Shown in pieces: positions 22,700 through 35,670 of a stretch of 64,000 bases of DNA. The notes under the pieces are model-generated. The model had not been told where the DNA came from, searched no databases, and saw only the letters and a list, made by a program, of their open reading frames with translations. Source of the DNA: Heptranchias perlo (taxonomy: Eukaryota); assembly GCF_035084215.1 (NCBI RefSeq), contig NC_090353.1, positions 18,600,001 through 18,664,000 on the forward strand, read 5' to 3'. Position numbers and translations under genes: made by a program. Numbering within the stretch: position 1 is the first letter of the stretch; every line of letters begins with the position of its first letter.

Positions 22700-24100
22700 A
22701 CTGGACTTAGGAATTGAGGGAACAATAATGAAATCTGCTGACACCAAATTGGGGTATATGAGGATTGTGACAGAATGCAGGGCATAGGCAGGCTACCTAT
22801 GGAAAGCTTGTTGGCAGATGCAGCTCAATGTGGAAAAATGTGAAGTAATGCATTTGGAAGTAAGAACAGGGACTATAAATACATTCTAAATGTTAAGATT
22901 TTATGGAGTAGAGGTGCAAATAGATAGATCATTAAAGGTATCAGCACAAGTAGATAAGGTTATGAAAAGGCAAGCAGAATCCTTAGTTTTGTATCTAGAG
23001 GTACTGAATACAAATTACCATGGAGGTAATCTTGAACTTGTACAAGACCGTAGTTAGGTCACAGTTGGAGCATTGTATATAGTTTTGGGCACTCCATTAT
23101 AAGGATATAAAGCAAAGGAAACGATTCACTAGGAATGAGGGGGGTAGTTATGAACAGAGAAGTTAGTGCTTTTTTCTGGTGAGGAGGTTAAGGGGTGACC
23201 TTTTAGAGGTCTTCAAGATTTTGATAAGTCATAGAATCATAGAATAGTTACAGCACAGGAGGTGGCTATTCGACCCATCGAGCCCGGCTCTTTGCAAGAG
23301 CAATCCAGTTAGTCCCATTCCCCGTAGCCCTGCAGATATTTTCCCTTCAAGTACTAATCCAATTCCCTTTTGAAAGTCACGATTGAATCTGCCTCCACCA
23401 TCTTTTCAGGCAGTGCATTCCAGATCATAACCACCTGCTGCCTAAAAAAGTTCTTCCTCACGTCGCCTTCGGTTCTTTTGCCAATCACCCTAAATCTGTG
23501 TCCTCTGGTTCTTGACCCTTCCGTCAATGGGAAGAGTTTCTCTCTACTCTGTCTAGACCCCTCATGATTTTGTACACTTCTATCAAATCCCCTCTCATCC
23601 TTCTCTGCTCTAAGGAGAACAGCCTCAGCTTCTCCAGTCTATCCAAGTAACTGAAGTCCCTTATCCCTGGAAACATTCTAGTAAATCTTTTCTGCACCCT
23701 CTCTAAGGCCTTCACATCCTTCCTAAAGTGCGGTGCCCAGAATTGGACACAATACTCCACTTGCAGCCGAACCAGTCTTTTATAAAACCATGGTCAGATT
23801 GTTTCCGCCGTTCGGTGAGACAATAACAAGATAGCATAAATTTAAGAAAATACAAAAAGAATTAAAGAGGGAGTTAGAAAACTTTCTTTACAGAGAGTGG
23901 TTAGAATGTGAAATTTTCTATACAGCCATAGCAGATTCCATAAATTTATTTAAAAGGGAATTAGATTATTGGTTGAATATTCAAGGGTACGAGGAGCAAG
24001 CAGGGGAGTGGGATTAGACTTATTTACTTGTGGAGAAAACGCCAATGCAGATCAGATGGGTCAAATAGCCCGTTTCTCTCCTGTAACACTGCATGGTTCT
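22700..24100 (+). mobile_element. Old CR1 fragment containing a nested younger CR1
   Basis: gctgacaccaaattgg / tggcagatgcagctcaatgtggaaaaatgtgaagtaatgcattt RT-end motifs; resumes after 23790 with CR1 3' UTR. Confidence 0.75.
23230..23785 (-). mobile_element. CR1 3' fragment nested in opposite orientation
   Basis: Starts with catagaatcatagaat (reverse CR1 tail); ORF 23524-23760 MEYCVQFWAPHFRKDVKALERVQKRFTRM. Confidence 0.88.
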
Positions 24101-24873
24101 AATAGGGGAGGTGCAAAGTGAAAACCAGGCTTTCTTCAATTTACTGCAATTGATCAGGATTGCAACAGAATGGCTGGGGTGGGGCAGGTAGAACTAAAAT
24201 TCAACCCAAGTATTGTGCTCTATGGTGCAGCTCTCAATGGAGATCTTTATCATAACCACTTTCCACCTCTATTATATATCTATCCCTGCTGGATGCCCAC
24301 TCCCTCCCCCCCAATGGCTGGATTAAGACTGGGAACTCATTATTTAGGAAATCACCAGCACCTTATTCACATAGCTGAAAATTGGAATGATTTTTTTTAC
24401 ACAAAAGCAATCTTTACTTCATAAGAGCCCTCACTTTTCAATTGATAATGACTTGTATACCATGGGTAAGATAAGTTGTGAATTTGAGAAAATCATTGAT
24501 GCCATTCACAATGTGAACGAAATCAGGACTGTAACGAGAATGTAAAATATTCTATTTTGCTAGAAGTTTCAGGAAAGCTTAATTCTATTTAGGTCAGATT
24601 CTATGTATAAATTTAGCATAAGCTAGATAAAACCTTTCCCAATTACTAACAGTTACACCAAGGACCCTAGTGTCTTCTGCTAAAGCCCACTTTCATAGAT
24701 TGAGAACTGCCAAAATGTTCAAGAAAAAAGAGCCTGCCTTCAGACACTTAATGACACTATTGACTGTAAAATGGCTAAATTGTCACTCTGGAAACAAAGC
24801 TAGTCAAGAAAGATAAAAGAGCACAACACCCCCACACAACCTATATAACATAAGCAAAGTGTTTTGTTAAATG

Positions 24874-24879
24874 TTTAAT
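24874..24879 (-). terminator. Candidate RANBP3 polyadenylation signal (ATTAAA) with downstream GU-rich element
   Basis: Minus-strand ATTAAA followed ~35 nt later by GGTTGTGTGGGGGTGTTGTG; alternative AATAAA at 25035-25040 and 25046-25051. Confidence 0.35.
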
Positions 24880-26082
24880 GTAATTCAGAAATACATTTTG
24901 ATATAGTAATCTTACACAAACTTTTCAACCACATCAGTAATGATCATTTCCTCTAGGAGCTAAGGCTTTTAGCAGAAAGTAATCACTTTCCAGCTCGGTC
25001 CTGTTGGGAGGGGGTGGGAGAGGACAGGATGGGTTTTATTCTATTTTTATTTCAGAACTCTCAACTATTCAGTGTAAAGAAAGCTACTATCAGTCCAAAA
25101 AGGACTAGCTACAGAGACAGAGAAAACACAAACTGACCTACACGGATCCAACCCCAAACTACATGGAGCGCTTCTGAAGAAATAAACAAAAAAATAAATG
25201 GGAGGTTTTTTGTTTTTTTCTTTTTTGAACAAGGAAACATTACATACTAATTGTTTCTGTGCTAAAATTTAACTATTACATTTCCGCTTCCAAGGCTTGC
25301 TGCAAAAGCAAGTAGACGGGTAAAGGGAAAAGCACACTTTAATTTACAGCTCAGTAACCTCCCAGCATCTCCGTGTTTTTCCCCCCAAATTTACCAAAGT
25401 TCTTGGTTACTTCAAGAACAAAAACATTAATGTGTACAAAAAAGCCCGAATTGCAGGATTCTGTGAACACACAAGCGTAACTCTTTAAAGAAATTAAAAA
25501 AAAACAGCACAACACAAATCCCAGTAATAACATTGGAAATATGAGAAATGGGGGCTCTTTGCCTAAAGTCCATTGTAAGTCAAAGTCTGTTAATATTACT
25601 GCTGCTTTGAGAAGCAATCCTGGCAAATTCTCCTCTTCTATGTTGCAAAATCTGACCTCTGTGCACTCGTCCGCCAGAACATAAAATGTGTATATGTGTG
25701 GGTGTGTGAGAGAGACAGACACTGGTAACTACAACCCAGAACTTCGTGCAGACTGGCTGTACTGAATAGACAAGTCCCATTGGAAAATTGAAGTGCCTTG
25801 CTGAGCCATTCAAGAGACAGAGAGCAAGTTTCACTCATCAATATGATGAGCCTCTGCATCCCAAACTGCAAATCAGCAGTTTCTCAGTCTACCGGTGTGA
25901 AAGCCATTAATTCAGACAAAACACAAGAATAGGAAGGCACAGGCTGCCAGTGAGCTGTGCTGGGCCCAGTCTGGAGTTCATCTTCAACACTGCCTGAAAA
26001 AAAACACTGGTCTGGGGTATCCACAGAGGTGCCTGCAAGACCCTGGAGCAGAAACCTTGCAAGCGGATTAGTTCCAATGTCG

Positions 26083-26126
26083 CTATGTGCTTCCTGTGGT
26101 CTGTTTGTCATCTGTGTCACATGGGC
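26083..26126 (-). CDS. RANBP3: Ran-binding protein 3, last coding exon
   Basis: TTGATGCAG| (G)PCDTDDKQTTGST*; phase 1 matches the upstream exon; QTTGST* is the RANBP3 C-terminus. Confidence 0.9.
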
Positions 26127-26669
26127 CTGCATCAATAAGGAAACAAGTATTAGTTCTCAAAGACATTTTTTATTAGAATCTTCAAATTCCATGATATCAG
26201 GTCTACCGATCATGCAAAAAATTCAAGAGAAAGATGCTCTGCCACAACAGTCGTATAAAACAGGCCACTGGGGTAGCCTACTTTTCAAATCCGTTGTCTC
26301 AAATGTTTAAAAATTAAATTGATTGTTCTATTCTAAAGTGAAATCAAGTCAAATCTATCAGGCTACAATGTAGAACAACCATTAATTCATACTCTAATGT
26401 GGCAAAATAATCAAGGATCCGACTCTAGCAGACCACAAAACATAATCTAACAATACAAATATCACACAAGTACAATAAATATTGGCACTATCAGGTTAGA
26501 TATAATCTTTACAACTGTATTTTTCAAATTATTGGTTAAAACAGTCTTTGAGAAAATAGCCAGGGAAATATTTCAGATAATCAGTGACACTTTTAAAAAG
26601 TCTAGAATATTAATGATGAGAAATTTCAAATTTCAAATAATTAATACTAATTAGGAAACAGCAGAAGAA

Positions 26670-27015
26670 CGAGAAAGAAAAAAGACTTGCAGTCATATAG
26701 CGCCTTCATGACCTCAGGGCATCCCAAAGTGCTCCACAGCCAATGAAGTACTTTTGAAGTGTGGTCACTGTTGTAATGTAGGAAACATGGCAGCCAATTT
26801 GCACGCAGCAATCTCCCATAAACAGCAATTTGATAATGACCAGATAATGGGCAGATGGGGTCTCAGTTTATCGTCTCATCCGAAAGACGACACCTCCGAC
26901 ATTGCAGCTTTCCCTCAGTACTGCACTGGAGTGTCAGTCTGGACTTTGTGCTCAAGACTCTGGAGTGGTGCGTGAACCCACAACCTTCTGACTCAGGAGG
27001 TTGAGCCACGGCTAA
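26670..27015 (-). mobile_element. Deu-domain SINE copy (internally deleted)
   Basis: Same tail and tRNA-like head as 9290-9730. Confidence 0.75.
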
Positions 27016-27029
27016 CATTAAGAAAAGTA

Positions 27030-27362
27030 GTGCACTGCATCCTGTAGACAGTACATACTTCAGCCACAATTCACGAGTGATGGAGGCTGGTTATTGAGTC
27101 CATTGACAGGAGCACTGATGAAACGAACTGCTCTATGCTGGATGATGTCGAGATACTCAATTGTTGCTGCAGCTGCACTTAATCAGGCGAGTAGTGATAA
27201 TTCCATCACATGCCTGACATGAGCCTCGAGTTGATGGGAAGTGAGTCATTCATTACAGATTACCCTGCCTCTACCCTACTCTTGTAGCCACAATGTTGAA
27301 ATGGCTGGTCTAGTTAAGCGTCAATGGTGACTTTCCCCTCAAAGAAGTTGACAGCGGGGAAC
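27030..27362 (-). mobile_element. LINE fragment (family of 1-1209), inverted relative to 28180-28510
   Basis: Reverse complement aligns with 28180-28510. Confidence 0.75.
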
Positions 27363-27882
27363 AGTATGATACAGTATTGATTCCTTACTTAGCGTATCAA
27401 ATAACAAACTTAGTCAGTGGCTACTCTGGATCTAATCTTTAACAGCAGATGTTGCATACCTGGATTTCAGGTGGTCATTTGACACTGGCCCACATAACAG
27501 GCCTTTTCGTCCATGAGGTCTGCCCTGGTGCTTTTCTTCACGTGCAACTATTTTAATCCCACTCTCCTGCTCACTTTCCAAAACCTTTAACATCCCTCTT
27601 TTTGAAGTCACTATCCAATTCTCTTTTAAAATAACTGATGTACTCTTCTTTAAAAATTGTTTGTGGCAGAATTCCACATCTTAACTACCCTATAAAGATT
27701 TTTTTCTAAGCTTCCTTTTAATGCTTGTGATTATCTTAAAATTGTGCCCTCTCATTATTGTCTTGCCAACCAATGGCAACAATCTATCACGATAAATAAC
27801 GCTTCATAATCTTGAATACCTCTATCAGATCAGCCCTTAACCTAATTAGCTTTAGTGAAAAAGCCGTAACTTCTCGAATAGG

Positions 27883-28780
27883 CCAATCACTGCAGCCCCA
27901 GGACATCACTGCAGGTGTTTCTTAGGGCAGTGTCCTTTGTCCAACCATCTTCAGCTGCTTCAGCAATGACCGTCCCTCTGTCATATGGTCAGCAGTGATG
28001 ATTCCTCAGTATTCAGCTTCACTCACAACCTCTTCAATAATGAAGCAGCCCATGGCAGCCTACGAAGGACCTAGATAACATCCAAACTTGGGCTGACAAG
28101 TATGGTAACATTCTTGTCACATAAGTGCCAGGTAATGATCATTTGCCCATGACCTTCAATAGCACCGGCAGCACCAAGCTCCCCACCGTCACCTTCTTTG
28201 GGGGGGAAGTCACCATTGACGCTTAACTGAACCAGCCATTTCAACATTGTGGCTACAAGAGTAGGGCAGAGGCTGGGTAATCTGTAATGAGTGACTTACT
28301 TCCCATCAACTCAAGGCTCACGTCAAGCGTGAGATGGAATTATCACCACTTGCCTGATTGGGTGCAGCTGCAGCAACAATTGGGTGTCTCGACACCATCC
28401 AGCATAGAGCAGCTTGTTTCATCAGTGCTCCAGCCATCGGACTCAATAACCAGTCTCCATCAACTTGTGAATTGTGGCTGAGGTATGTACTATCTACAGG
28501 ATGCAGTGCAGCAACTCACCAAGGTTACCTCATTAGCATCTCCCTCCCCGTCGGCCTCTACCACCAACAAGGACAAGTGAGCGATGTCGTGGGAACACCG
28601 TAACCTCCAGGTTCCCCTCCAAGTCACACACCATCCTGACATGGACATATATTGCCATTCCTTCAGCGTGGCTGGGCTAATATCCTGGAATTTCCTACCT
28701 AACATTTTCTTGGGGCAACTAGGGATGAGCAATAATTGTGGCCATGTCAACATTATGCATATCCCAAGAACAAATTTTTT
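27883..28780 (+). mobile_element. Degenerate LINE 3' portion (family of 1-1209)
   Basis: Aligns with 180-1200 (ggccaatca...gccccaggacatcactgcagg...caagtcacaccatcctgac). Confidence 0.8.
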
Positions 28781-31005
28781 AAAATTCAAGCCTGAAAAGT
28801 GCAGTACATTAAACTTTGTAATTTTATAACTCCCTATTGAATGCTTGCCTCATTCCTCCCAAGAGCTTTTGAACAACATTGGATTGTTTATTTAGCAAAT
28901 ATTGGAAGTTGAAACTTGGCATTGTTTAACCTTTATATTTGAAATGCATTCTAAATGGTTACACCAGCTACATGTTGTTATTTTTCTTTATCTCAGAACT
29001 CAAATACAAATAGCAGAAATTCTGGAAGGTCTATAACCATTATTTAAGTTTAGATGATGTTTTAAATAAAGATCCCAAATGTAAACATTATTAAAGCAGA
29101 ACGTTTTAGCAACACTAAGTACTGTTGTAGGGATATATGCTAAAGGATGGCAGATGCAAATGAGTTTAATTTTTCCTTAAATTTTACACATTTTTGGCCG
29201 TCTCTATAAAAACCCATACCCTAAACAGATGTGCATTAACGCTAAGATAAAGAGCCATTTCCCTATTTTTACATGGAGATTTATTTATGTATCTATGGTA
29301 AATTTATCCACCTACAGTGGGTAAGGAAACCACCATTTATTTTCAAGAAATCTATCAAAAATACTTTCTGCACCATCTCTGAGATCATCGCTTATAAAAT
29401 TCCAAATTCAGTAGCGATTTGCATTATCCCCACACTGCAGCACCCCCACCACCCCCATGCAACAGGATAACCTCTGATGCATTTTAAATAATGCCACAGG
29501 AGATGTGCTAGCCATTCTAAAAAGTGGAAGCAGACATACCTGTAAACTATACACTAACAAGTTTTAATATCTGTATTAGGAATCTTGAGATCTAGTGGTT
29601 GAATACTTGGAAAAGCAAAGGCAGCATGGATTCAGTAAACAGAAGTCATGTTTCATCGGTTTGTTTTTCCACTGAAATTATCGTTGAAATACAGTTGAGA
29701 TACAGTGGGATTTTTAGAAAGCTTTTGACACAGTTTCACATTGTCAATTAATGGCTAAGGTGCCAAAGGAGGATAGCCATAAATCTGGGTATAAGAAAAT
29801 TTAAGTTATATATATGAGGGAGGATTAAATTAGGCTTTGATTACAATGTCTCCACCAGCACTATCCAAAGCAATGGCTTCAGGTTTGGCTCTGGTGTCAA
29901 TTCAACCAACACAACTTTTTCCAAAGGTCTACTTAGCACTGGTTTTGGTATACAAGAGGGCAATTATACCGCACAAAGGGAATTGAGACCGATTCACTTG
30001 AGTTCACTGCACGTGTGGAGAGCCTATTTATATTGCCACTCTTAGCTTGCATTCAGTCTGCAATTCCAAAGCCAGCTGACAGCTCTGCTCAAATTCCCAC
30101 ATTCTTGATGTCAGCTGGATGACATCACCAGACTGCACACTGGTATAACTTTGTGCTGGGCACCCAAACTTCATTATTGGTTTCCAAGTGCGATATGGAA
30201 TCTGATTTGTCTCAACACTTACATCAACTTTAGCATCACAGTGAAGTAGAAATTGCTTTAATATCAATGCTGTCTTTTAAGTCTCTGAATGGAACACAAT
30301 AATCAGTGGTGCAGCTTTCTTTTTCAGTATGCTTCTAGGAATGTTCCATGCCAACATGCGATTCCCTATCTGACGTAGCAGTGGGCAGTCACAACCTCAA
30401 GGTCTCTGCACCCAGTAGGAATCAAGCTAAAATATGCTTGCAGGCCAGATAACTTTCCGGTGAATGAGTCGGTTGTGTAAAGCCCTTTTGGCTTCTAAAC
30501 TATCTTTGTATTTCAGTAAATTGTCCAAAGACAGCATCATTCAAGTTAGTCGCTGGGAAGTATCCATGACATTTTATTATGTCTACGGCAACGGATTTCT
30601 CAGTTATCAGACAAAAAACTAGAACAGTTCATAAAGAAGCCTTATTTACAAGTCATCTGCCCCCTTCATGTGTGAAGTTCTTAAAGGGACTGAATCCTTA
30701 TATCATTTTTTTCTTCTAGGAAGATCAAGTTCCTATTTATTTGTAGAAAACAAATGAATTAGGATTGATTTACTATTCAAAAACATTGAAGGATTTTTAT
30801 TTTACATTAAGGGAAGTGGAGGACTGCAGTTAAGCATAAGTGATATGCTTTTACTTTAAATTCAGAATAGCACAGGGTCTGCTTGAAGTTCTTTTCCTGC
30901 AGTTTCCTTCACAAAATAATTGCTCAGCAGACATTATTGTGCTCGCCAACAAATTATGGGCTCAGGAAAACTCATCATACTTACTCATCACCTAACCGTG
31001 CTTAC

Positions 31006-31189
31006 CACTTGTTGCTGTTGCAGGAACAATAACTTCGTCATCATCATCGCTATCTTCCTCATTCGACTGTGGCACCCCTGACTCTGAGGCTATGCATGGA
31101 GGTTCTGGTTCCTGCTCAGAACGACTGCGCAATGCCAAAATGCGATGATGTAGTGCTGCATACAGCTGCCCAGCATCCTTTGAACTGGC
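31006..31189 (-). CDS. RANBP3: RANBP3 penultimate coding exon (end of RanBD, acidic tail)
   Basis: ASSKDAGQLYAALHHRILALRSRSEQE...EEDSDDDDEV; CACAG| acceptor, G|GTAAG donor. Confidence 0.95.
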
Positions 31190-31554
31190 CTGTGAGGAGT
31201 CCAAAAGAGGCAGAACTTTAGGTTACCTAGCAGCTTTCTTGATTTAAACAACAAAATCTGTAGCAGAGTCAGGGCAATGGCCAGAGAATGGTGTAATCAA
31301 ATTATTTATCTGTTGTCATTTGAGATTAACATGTACATTATCATAATTTCTTAGTCTCAAGGTTATGCCATGGGATAAAACAGATTACTGTCTCGACTAA
31401 AATAGTGGAGAAAGGAATTTTAGTTTAACTATTAAGCGTTCATGTGTTTGTATCCTATGGTGCAATTTAAGTGAATTTGTGATCATTAAGCTGAGGAATG
31501 GAATAATTTTCACCCAGTGTTAGCATGGAGCATTCCCAGGCCAGGCTCACCTGG

Positions 31555-31877
31555 TGTAGCAGGGTGATTGAAGGCCGGTATGTCAGCTGCAGGCTGATGA
31601 GAGCCCTGATTGCTAAGTAAGGTTATGGCCCTTTAAGAAACTTTGCCTTTAAAAGGTAATTGTCGCTGGAATGGGTGGAGATGGTCCCCAGCCTGGTGAG
31701 AATAAAAGGGTGAGGTTCAAGAGAAGTGAGGAAGCTGAAATAGGCTGGGAGTTGGAGAGTGTTCTAGGTATTGTTAAATTGAATGTACTGTGTTAATTAT
31801 AAAAAGTGTTTGAAATATGAATTGTTGAGGATGACTGTAGGAGAAAGGAGGCTCTGAGACAGTAGGACCATGTAACA
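31555..31877 (+). repeat. 5' LTR
   Basis: TGTAGCAGGGTG...GGACCATGTAACA; direct repeat of 34549-34884. Confidence 0.9.
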
Positions 31878-31879
31878 TG

Positions 31880-31897
31880 TGGTGCCAGAAGTGGGAT
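31880..31897 (+). other. Primer binding site (tRNA-Leu-like)
   Basis: TGGTGCCAGAAGTGGGAT 2 bp after the 5' LTR. Confidence 0.7.
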
Positions 31898-33538
31898 CTG
31901 TGTCTCCAATAGAGAAAGAAAGAAAGAATCCAACCCCAATGGAGGAAATGATTAGAGAACTGGTGCAGATCATGCGAGTTTTGCAAGAGGCCCACAGGGC
32001 CTCACGAGAGGACCACTCAGATCCTTGAGGCCCAGCAGGAGACCACCCAACTGCTACCGAATCAGGTCGGGTAGAGATTGCTGAATTGAGGTAACATGGG
32101 GCCAGATGGAGGGTCAGGAGTTCCCTATCCAAGCCAGTCTAATGCTGCAGAGAATGACTCCAGAGTTCGATGTGGAGGCATACCTCTTGGCCTTTGAATG
32201 ATGTGCTGAGTGGGAGAGGTGACCACAAGACCAATGAGCTGGCAGTGTTGCACCCTTCTTGTTGGGCGATGCTCAGAAGGCCTACTTTGGCCTGGAGTTG
32301 CAGGCTGTGGCCAATTACCCACAGTTGAAGATGGAGATCCTCGCCAGGGCTGGTCACCTTAACTGTGCGGGCTCAGAGGTTCAACGCCTGGCTCTACCAA
32401 GAGGGCAAGGCACCTTGCTCTCAAATGTTTGACTTGATTCACATGGCCAAGCGGTGGCTTTAACCTGACAGCAACTCCCCTGCCAGGATCGTGGAGTTGC
32501 TGGTAATGGACCACTATTTGACGCTGAAGAGTGGCCAAGGGACTTATGGGTGCAGCCCATGTAACTATAAATCCTGGGGTAAACATGAAACCAGAGAAAA
32601 TGTAACGGTGTTACTATTGTAATGAGTGGGGCCGCGTAGTGGCACAGTGCCCAAACCAGGAGGAGCCCATGCAATGCAGTCTCGGGGAATCTGGGAATGC
32701 CAGCAGGGATTATCCAAGTTGGGTAGTGCAGCTGGTGAGCAATGTGGAGGCCGCTCACCCCTTCCTTGAAACAATAAAACTTAATGGAACAGAGGTGATG
32801 GCCCTTACTGACTCGGAGTGTAGTAACCTTGATTTCCTTGACTCTATTACAGCCCTCAGATCTAGAACACGTGGACAAAATGGGTCTAAAGTACGTACAT
32901 AGGGACGTATTCTATTACCCCACCATCTGGGTCAAGGTGGAAGTGAAGGGAGGTGCCTGGGAATTAAAGGCTGGGGTGGTACCAAAGCTTCCTTGGCCTG
33001 TAATACTAGGGAGGGATTTCCTGGGAATTAATATCCTGATCCAAAGGAAGGGAGGGGCAGGTTGTGAGCCTCTTATGTGTCTCCCTTTTTAGATTCAGAG
33101 TTGTATCGGGGTCTGGGAAATCCAGAAAATCAAAATGAGAATGGAGGAAAGTCAAAGCAAGAGGAAGGAGGACGGAGGTGCATAGAGTTTTAGTAGGGGG
33201 CCAAGAGCCTAGTCCCTCTACTTCTCCAGTCCCAGAGGGGGAACCAGGGCCTGGTATGAGTGGGCAGAGAGGAGCTCCTCCGGCTGACCTTCCAGCGGAG
33301 GATGGGCTAAATTTCGAGGAATTGGATATGTGTACTTCTGACTTTCAACAAATTATCCAGTCCCTTCAAAATGTGAAGCAAAAGGTAGTAGTGATAAATG
33401 GGCACCCCGTTGAGGGCAAAACAAAAGGTCCTGGGCCATATTGTATAGTAAAGAAAGACTTTCTATATAGAGTGACTCAGTGGCATCAAGAGGAAGTGGA
33501 GCAATTGCTGGTGCCACGGACACATAGGTGAACAGTCC

Positions 33539-34140
33539 TTGACTTGGCCCACAAGCATCTATTCGGAGGTAATCTGGGGACGGAGAAGACTGGAGCGGCT
33601 GGTGAGGCGGTTCTTCTGGCCAGGGGTGTACGAGGAAGTACATCAGTTCTGTACCTCCTGTTCAGAGTGTCAGCTGTGTGGACCCAGGCCTCACTTTCGC
33701 GCTGCATTAGTCGCTCTTCCAATAATTGAGGTGCCCCTCAAAAGGATCAAAATGGACCTAGTGGGACCACTGGAGAGGTCAGCACGAGGACACCAAGACA
33801 CTTTAGTAGTTGTTGATTATGCCACCCGATATCCTGAGGCGATGCCACTAAGGAACATAACCTCTAAAACCATAGCAGGCAAATTAGTGAAGATGTTCTC
33901 CAGGATAGGGATCCCAAAGGAAATCTTAATGGATCGGGGACTCCTTTCGAGTCCAAGCTGATGAAAGACCTTTGTACCCTGCTCCACATTAAGTGTTTAA
34001 GGACCTCCATGTACCATCCTCAATCCGATGGCCTTGTGGAGAGGTTCAATGGAACCCTTGAGTATGTTTTTAAAAAAAGGTTGTGGATAAGGATGGGAGA
34101 AACTGGGATATCCTACTGCCGTATCTCATGTTTGCAGTTA
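33539..34140 (+). pseudogene. Gypsy integrase (zinc finger + DDE core), frameshifted
   Basis: FFWPGV...CSEC, MDLVGPL, VVVDYATRYPEA, PKEILMDRG, YHPQSDGLVERFNGTL. Confidence 0.88.
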
Positions 34141-34153
34141 GGGAAAATTTGTT

Positions 34154-34474
34154 GTGCAAACCGATGCCTCAGAGGTGGGTTTGGGTGCTGTACCCTCTCA
34201 AATAGTTGAGGGAGAGGAACATCCCGTGTTCTACCTGAGCAGAAAACTATTGCCTAGGGAACAATGGTACGCTACGGTAGAGGAGGAGTGCCTATCAATT
34301 AAATGGGCAGTAGAAACCTTAAAGTACTACCTGCTGGGGCGCCAGTTTCTCCTAGTGACCGATCACGCGGCCCTCAAATGGATGCGGTCTAACAAAGAAA
34401 AAAATGCCCATGTTACCCAGTGGTTTTTTATCACTCCAGCCCTATTGTTTCGAGGTGGAACTGGGCAGGAGTAG
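34154..34474 (+). pseudogene. Gypsy RNase H, downstream of integrase
   Basis: QTDASEVGLGAV...YLSRKL.PRE..YATVEEECL.IKWA...YLLGR.F...TDH. Confidence 0.88.
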
Positions 34475-34548
34475 CTCATGGGAATGTGATTCCCTCTATC
34501 GAGCGTGCTGCCTCGCAGCGCAGGCCACTTGTTTTGGGGGAGTGGGTG

Positions 34549-34884
34549 TGTACATGCAAGCAGGGTGATTGAGGGACGGATGAGAGCCCTGATCCCTGAG
34601 TAAGGGTATGACCCTTTAAAAAACCTTGCCTTTAAAAGGTAATTGCAACTGGAGTGGGTGGAGACTTTCCCCAGCCAGTTGAGAATAAACGGGCGTGGTT
34701 CAAAAGAAGTGAGGAAGCTGAAATAGGCTGGGAGTTCGAGAGTGTTCTAGGTATTAATAAATCAAAAGTGCTGTGTGGTGTTATATTGGGTGTGTGAATT
34801 TTAAAAAAGTATTTGAAATAAAAATTGTTCGAGGACTACTGTCTATAGGGGAAAGGAGGTTCCGAGACGTAGGACCATGTAACA
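34549..34884 (+). repeat. 3' LTR
   Basis: Follows the polypurine tract; ends GGACCATGTAACA then TSD CTGG. Confidence 0.9.
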
Positions 34885-35559
34885 CTGGGTAGATGCAAAG
34901 TAAAGTTCCCACTACAAGCATTCTGAAGGCAGATTTAGCATGGATTGCCTACATAGTAAATCTCCCTCTGGATTGCCCAACAATGTATCTTGTTCTAAGC
35001 CTCAAACCACCACCATTTACAGTACTATTACATTTTCTATAGCCACAAAACATTGTTTGGCCTCTTAATGAGGCCACCAATTTAATATCAAATGTGAGCT
35101 ATGGACCCATATCCACTAACTTGGTTGAAATAACCAAACTAATTTTTATCACCTAATGTAAGCATGGTCTTCCCCAATCTTGGAGTGAGTGGCACTAAGA
35201 GTGGGGGGAACTTGTGTCAGAATACCATACTGACAGGGCAGGCTGCACTCTTGGTGTCAACCTGCTTTCTTCCTCCTAGGTTCCTTGGCTGGTAGAACCT
35301 GCACCTCTTCTGCTTTGCTAGTTTTTCCTGTTTCCATTTCTACCTGCCTCACTACACCCCATTACCTCAGTTATTCGTGTGCTCCCTGTATCTTTTAAGT
35401 CTTTAATTTCTCTCATTATGCAATTTATTGCCTCTTATTAATGTCACTATTTAACCATCTACTGTCTTCCATTAAGCACTCTATAGGTCAGTCTACCTCT
35501 GTGCATGTGTGTGTGCTCATGTTGTTTTTCCCTCCATCTTCCCTTTCTTCTGTTCCTTT

Positions 35560-35670
35560 TTAAGTCCTGTTCTGCTGAATGGTCTACCCATGAAATGGTA
35601 ACTTGTCTGTTCTTTCCACAGATGCTGATTGACCTGCTGAGTGTTTCCAGCATTTTCTGTTTTTCTTTCT
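35560..35670 (+). mobile_element. Degenerate Penelope terminal-repeat fragment
   Basis: ttccacagatgctgattgacctgctgagtgtttccagcattttctg, preceded by a decayed hammerhead-like core. Confidence 0.6.

Larger units (their letters stand above)
31555..34884 (+). mobile_element. Gmr1-type Gypsy LTR retrotransposon, degenerate, RT deleted
   Basis: TG...CA LTRs 31555-31877 and 34549-34884; TSD CTGG (31551-54 / 34885-88); PBS TGGTGCCAGAAGTGGGAT; PPT GGGGGAGTGGG; order gag(SCAN, CCHC)-protease-integrase-RNase H. Confidence 0.92.

Noticed and set aside
25884-26135. 83-aa ORF as the RANBP3 last exon frame
   Set aside because: Phase of the upstream exon dictates the other frame, ending QTTGST*
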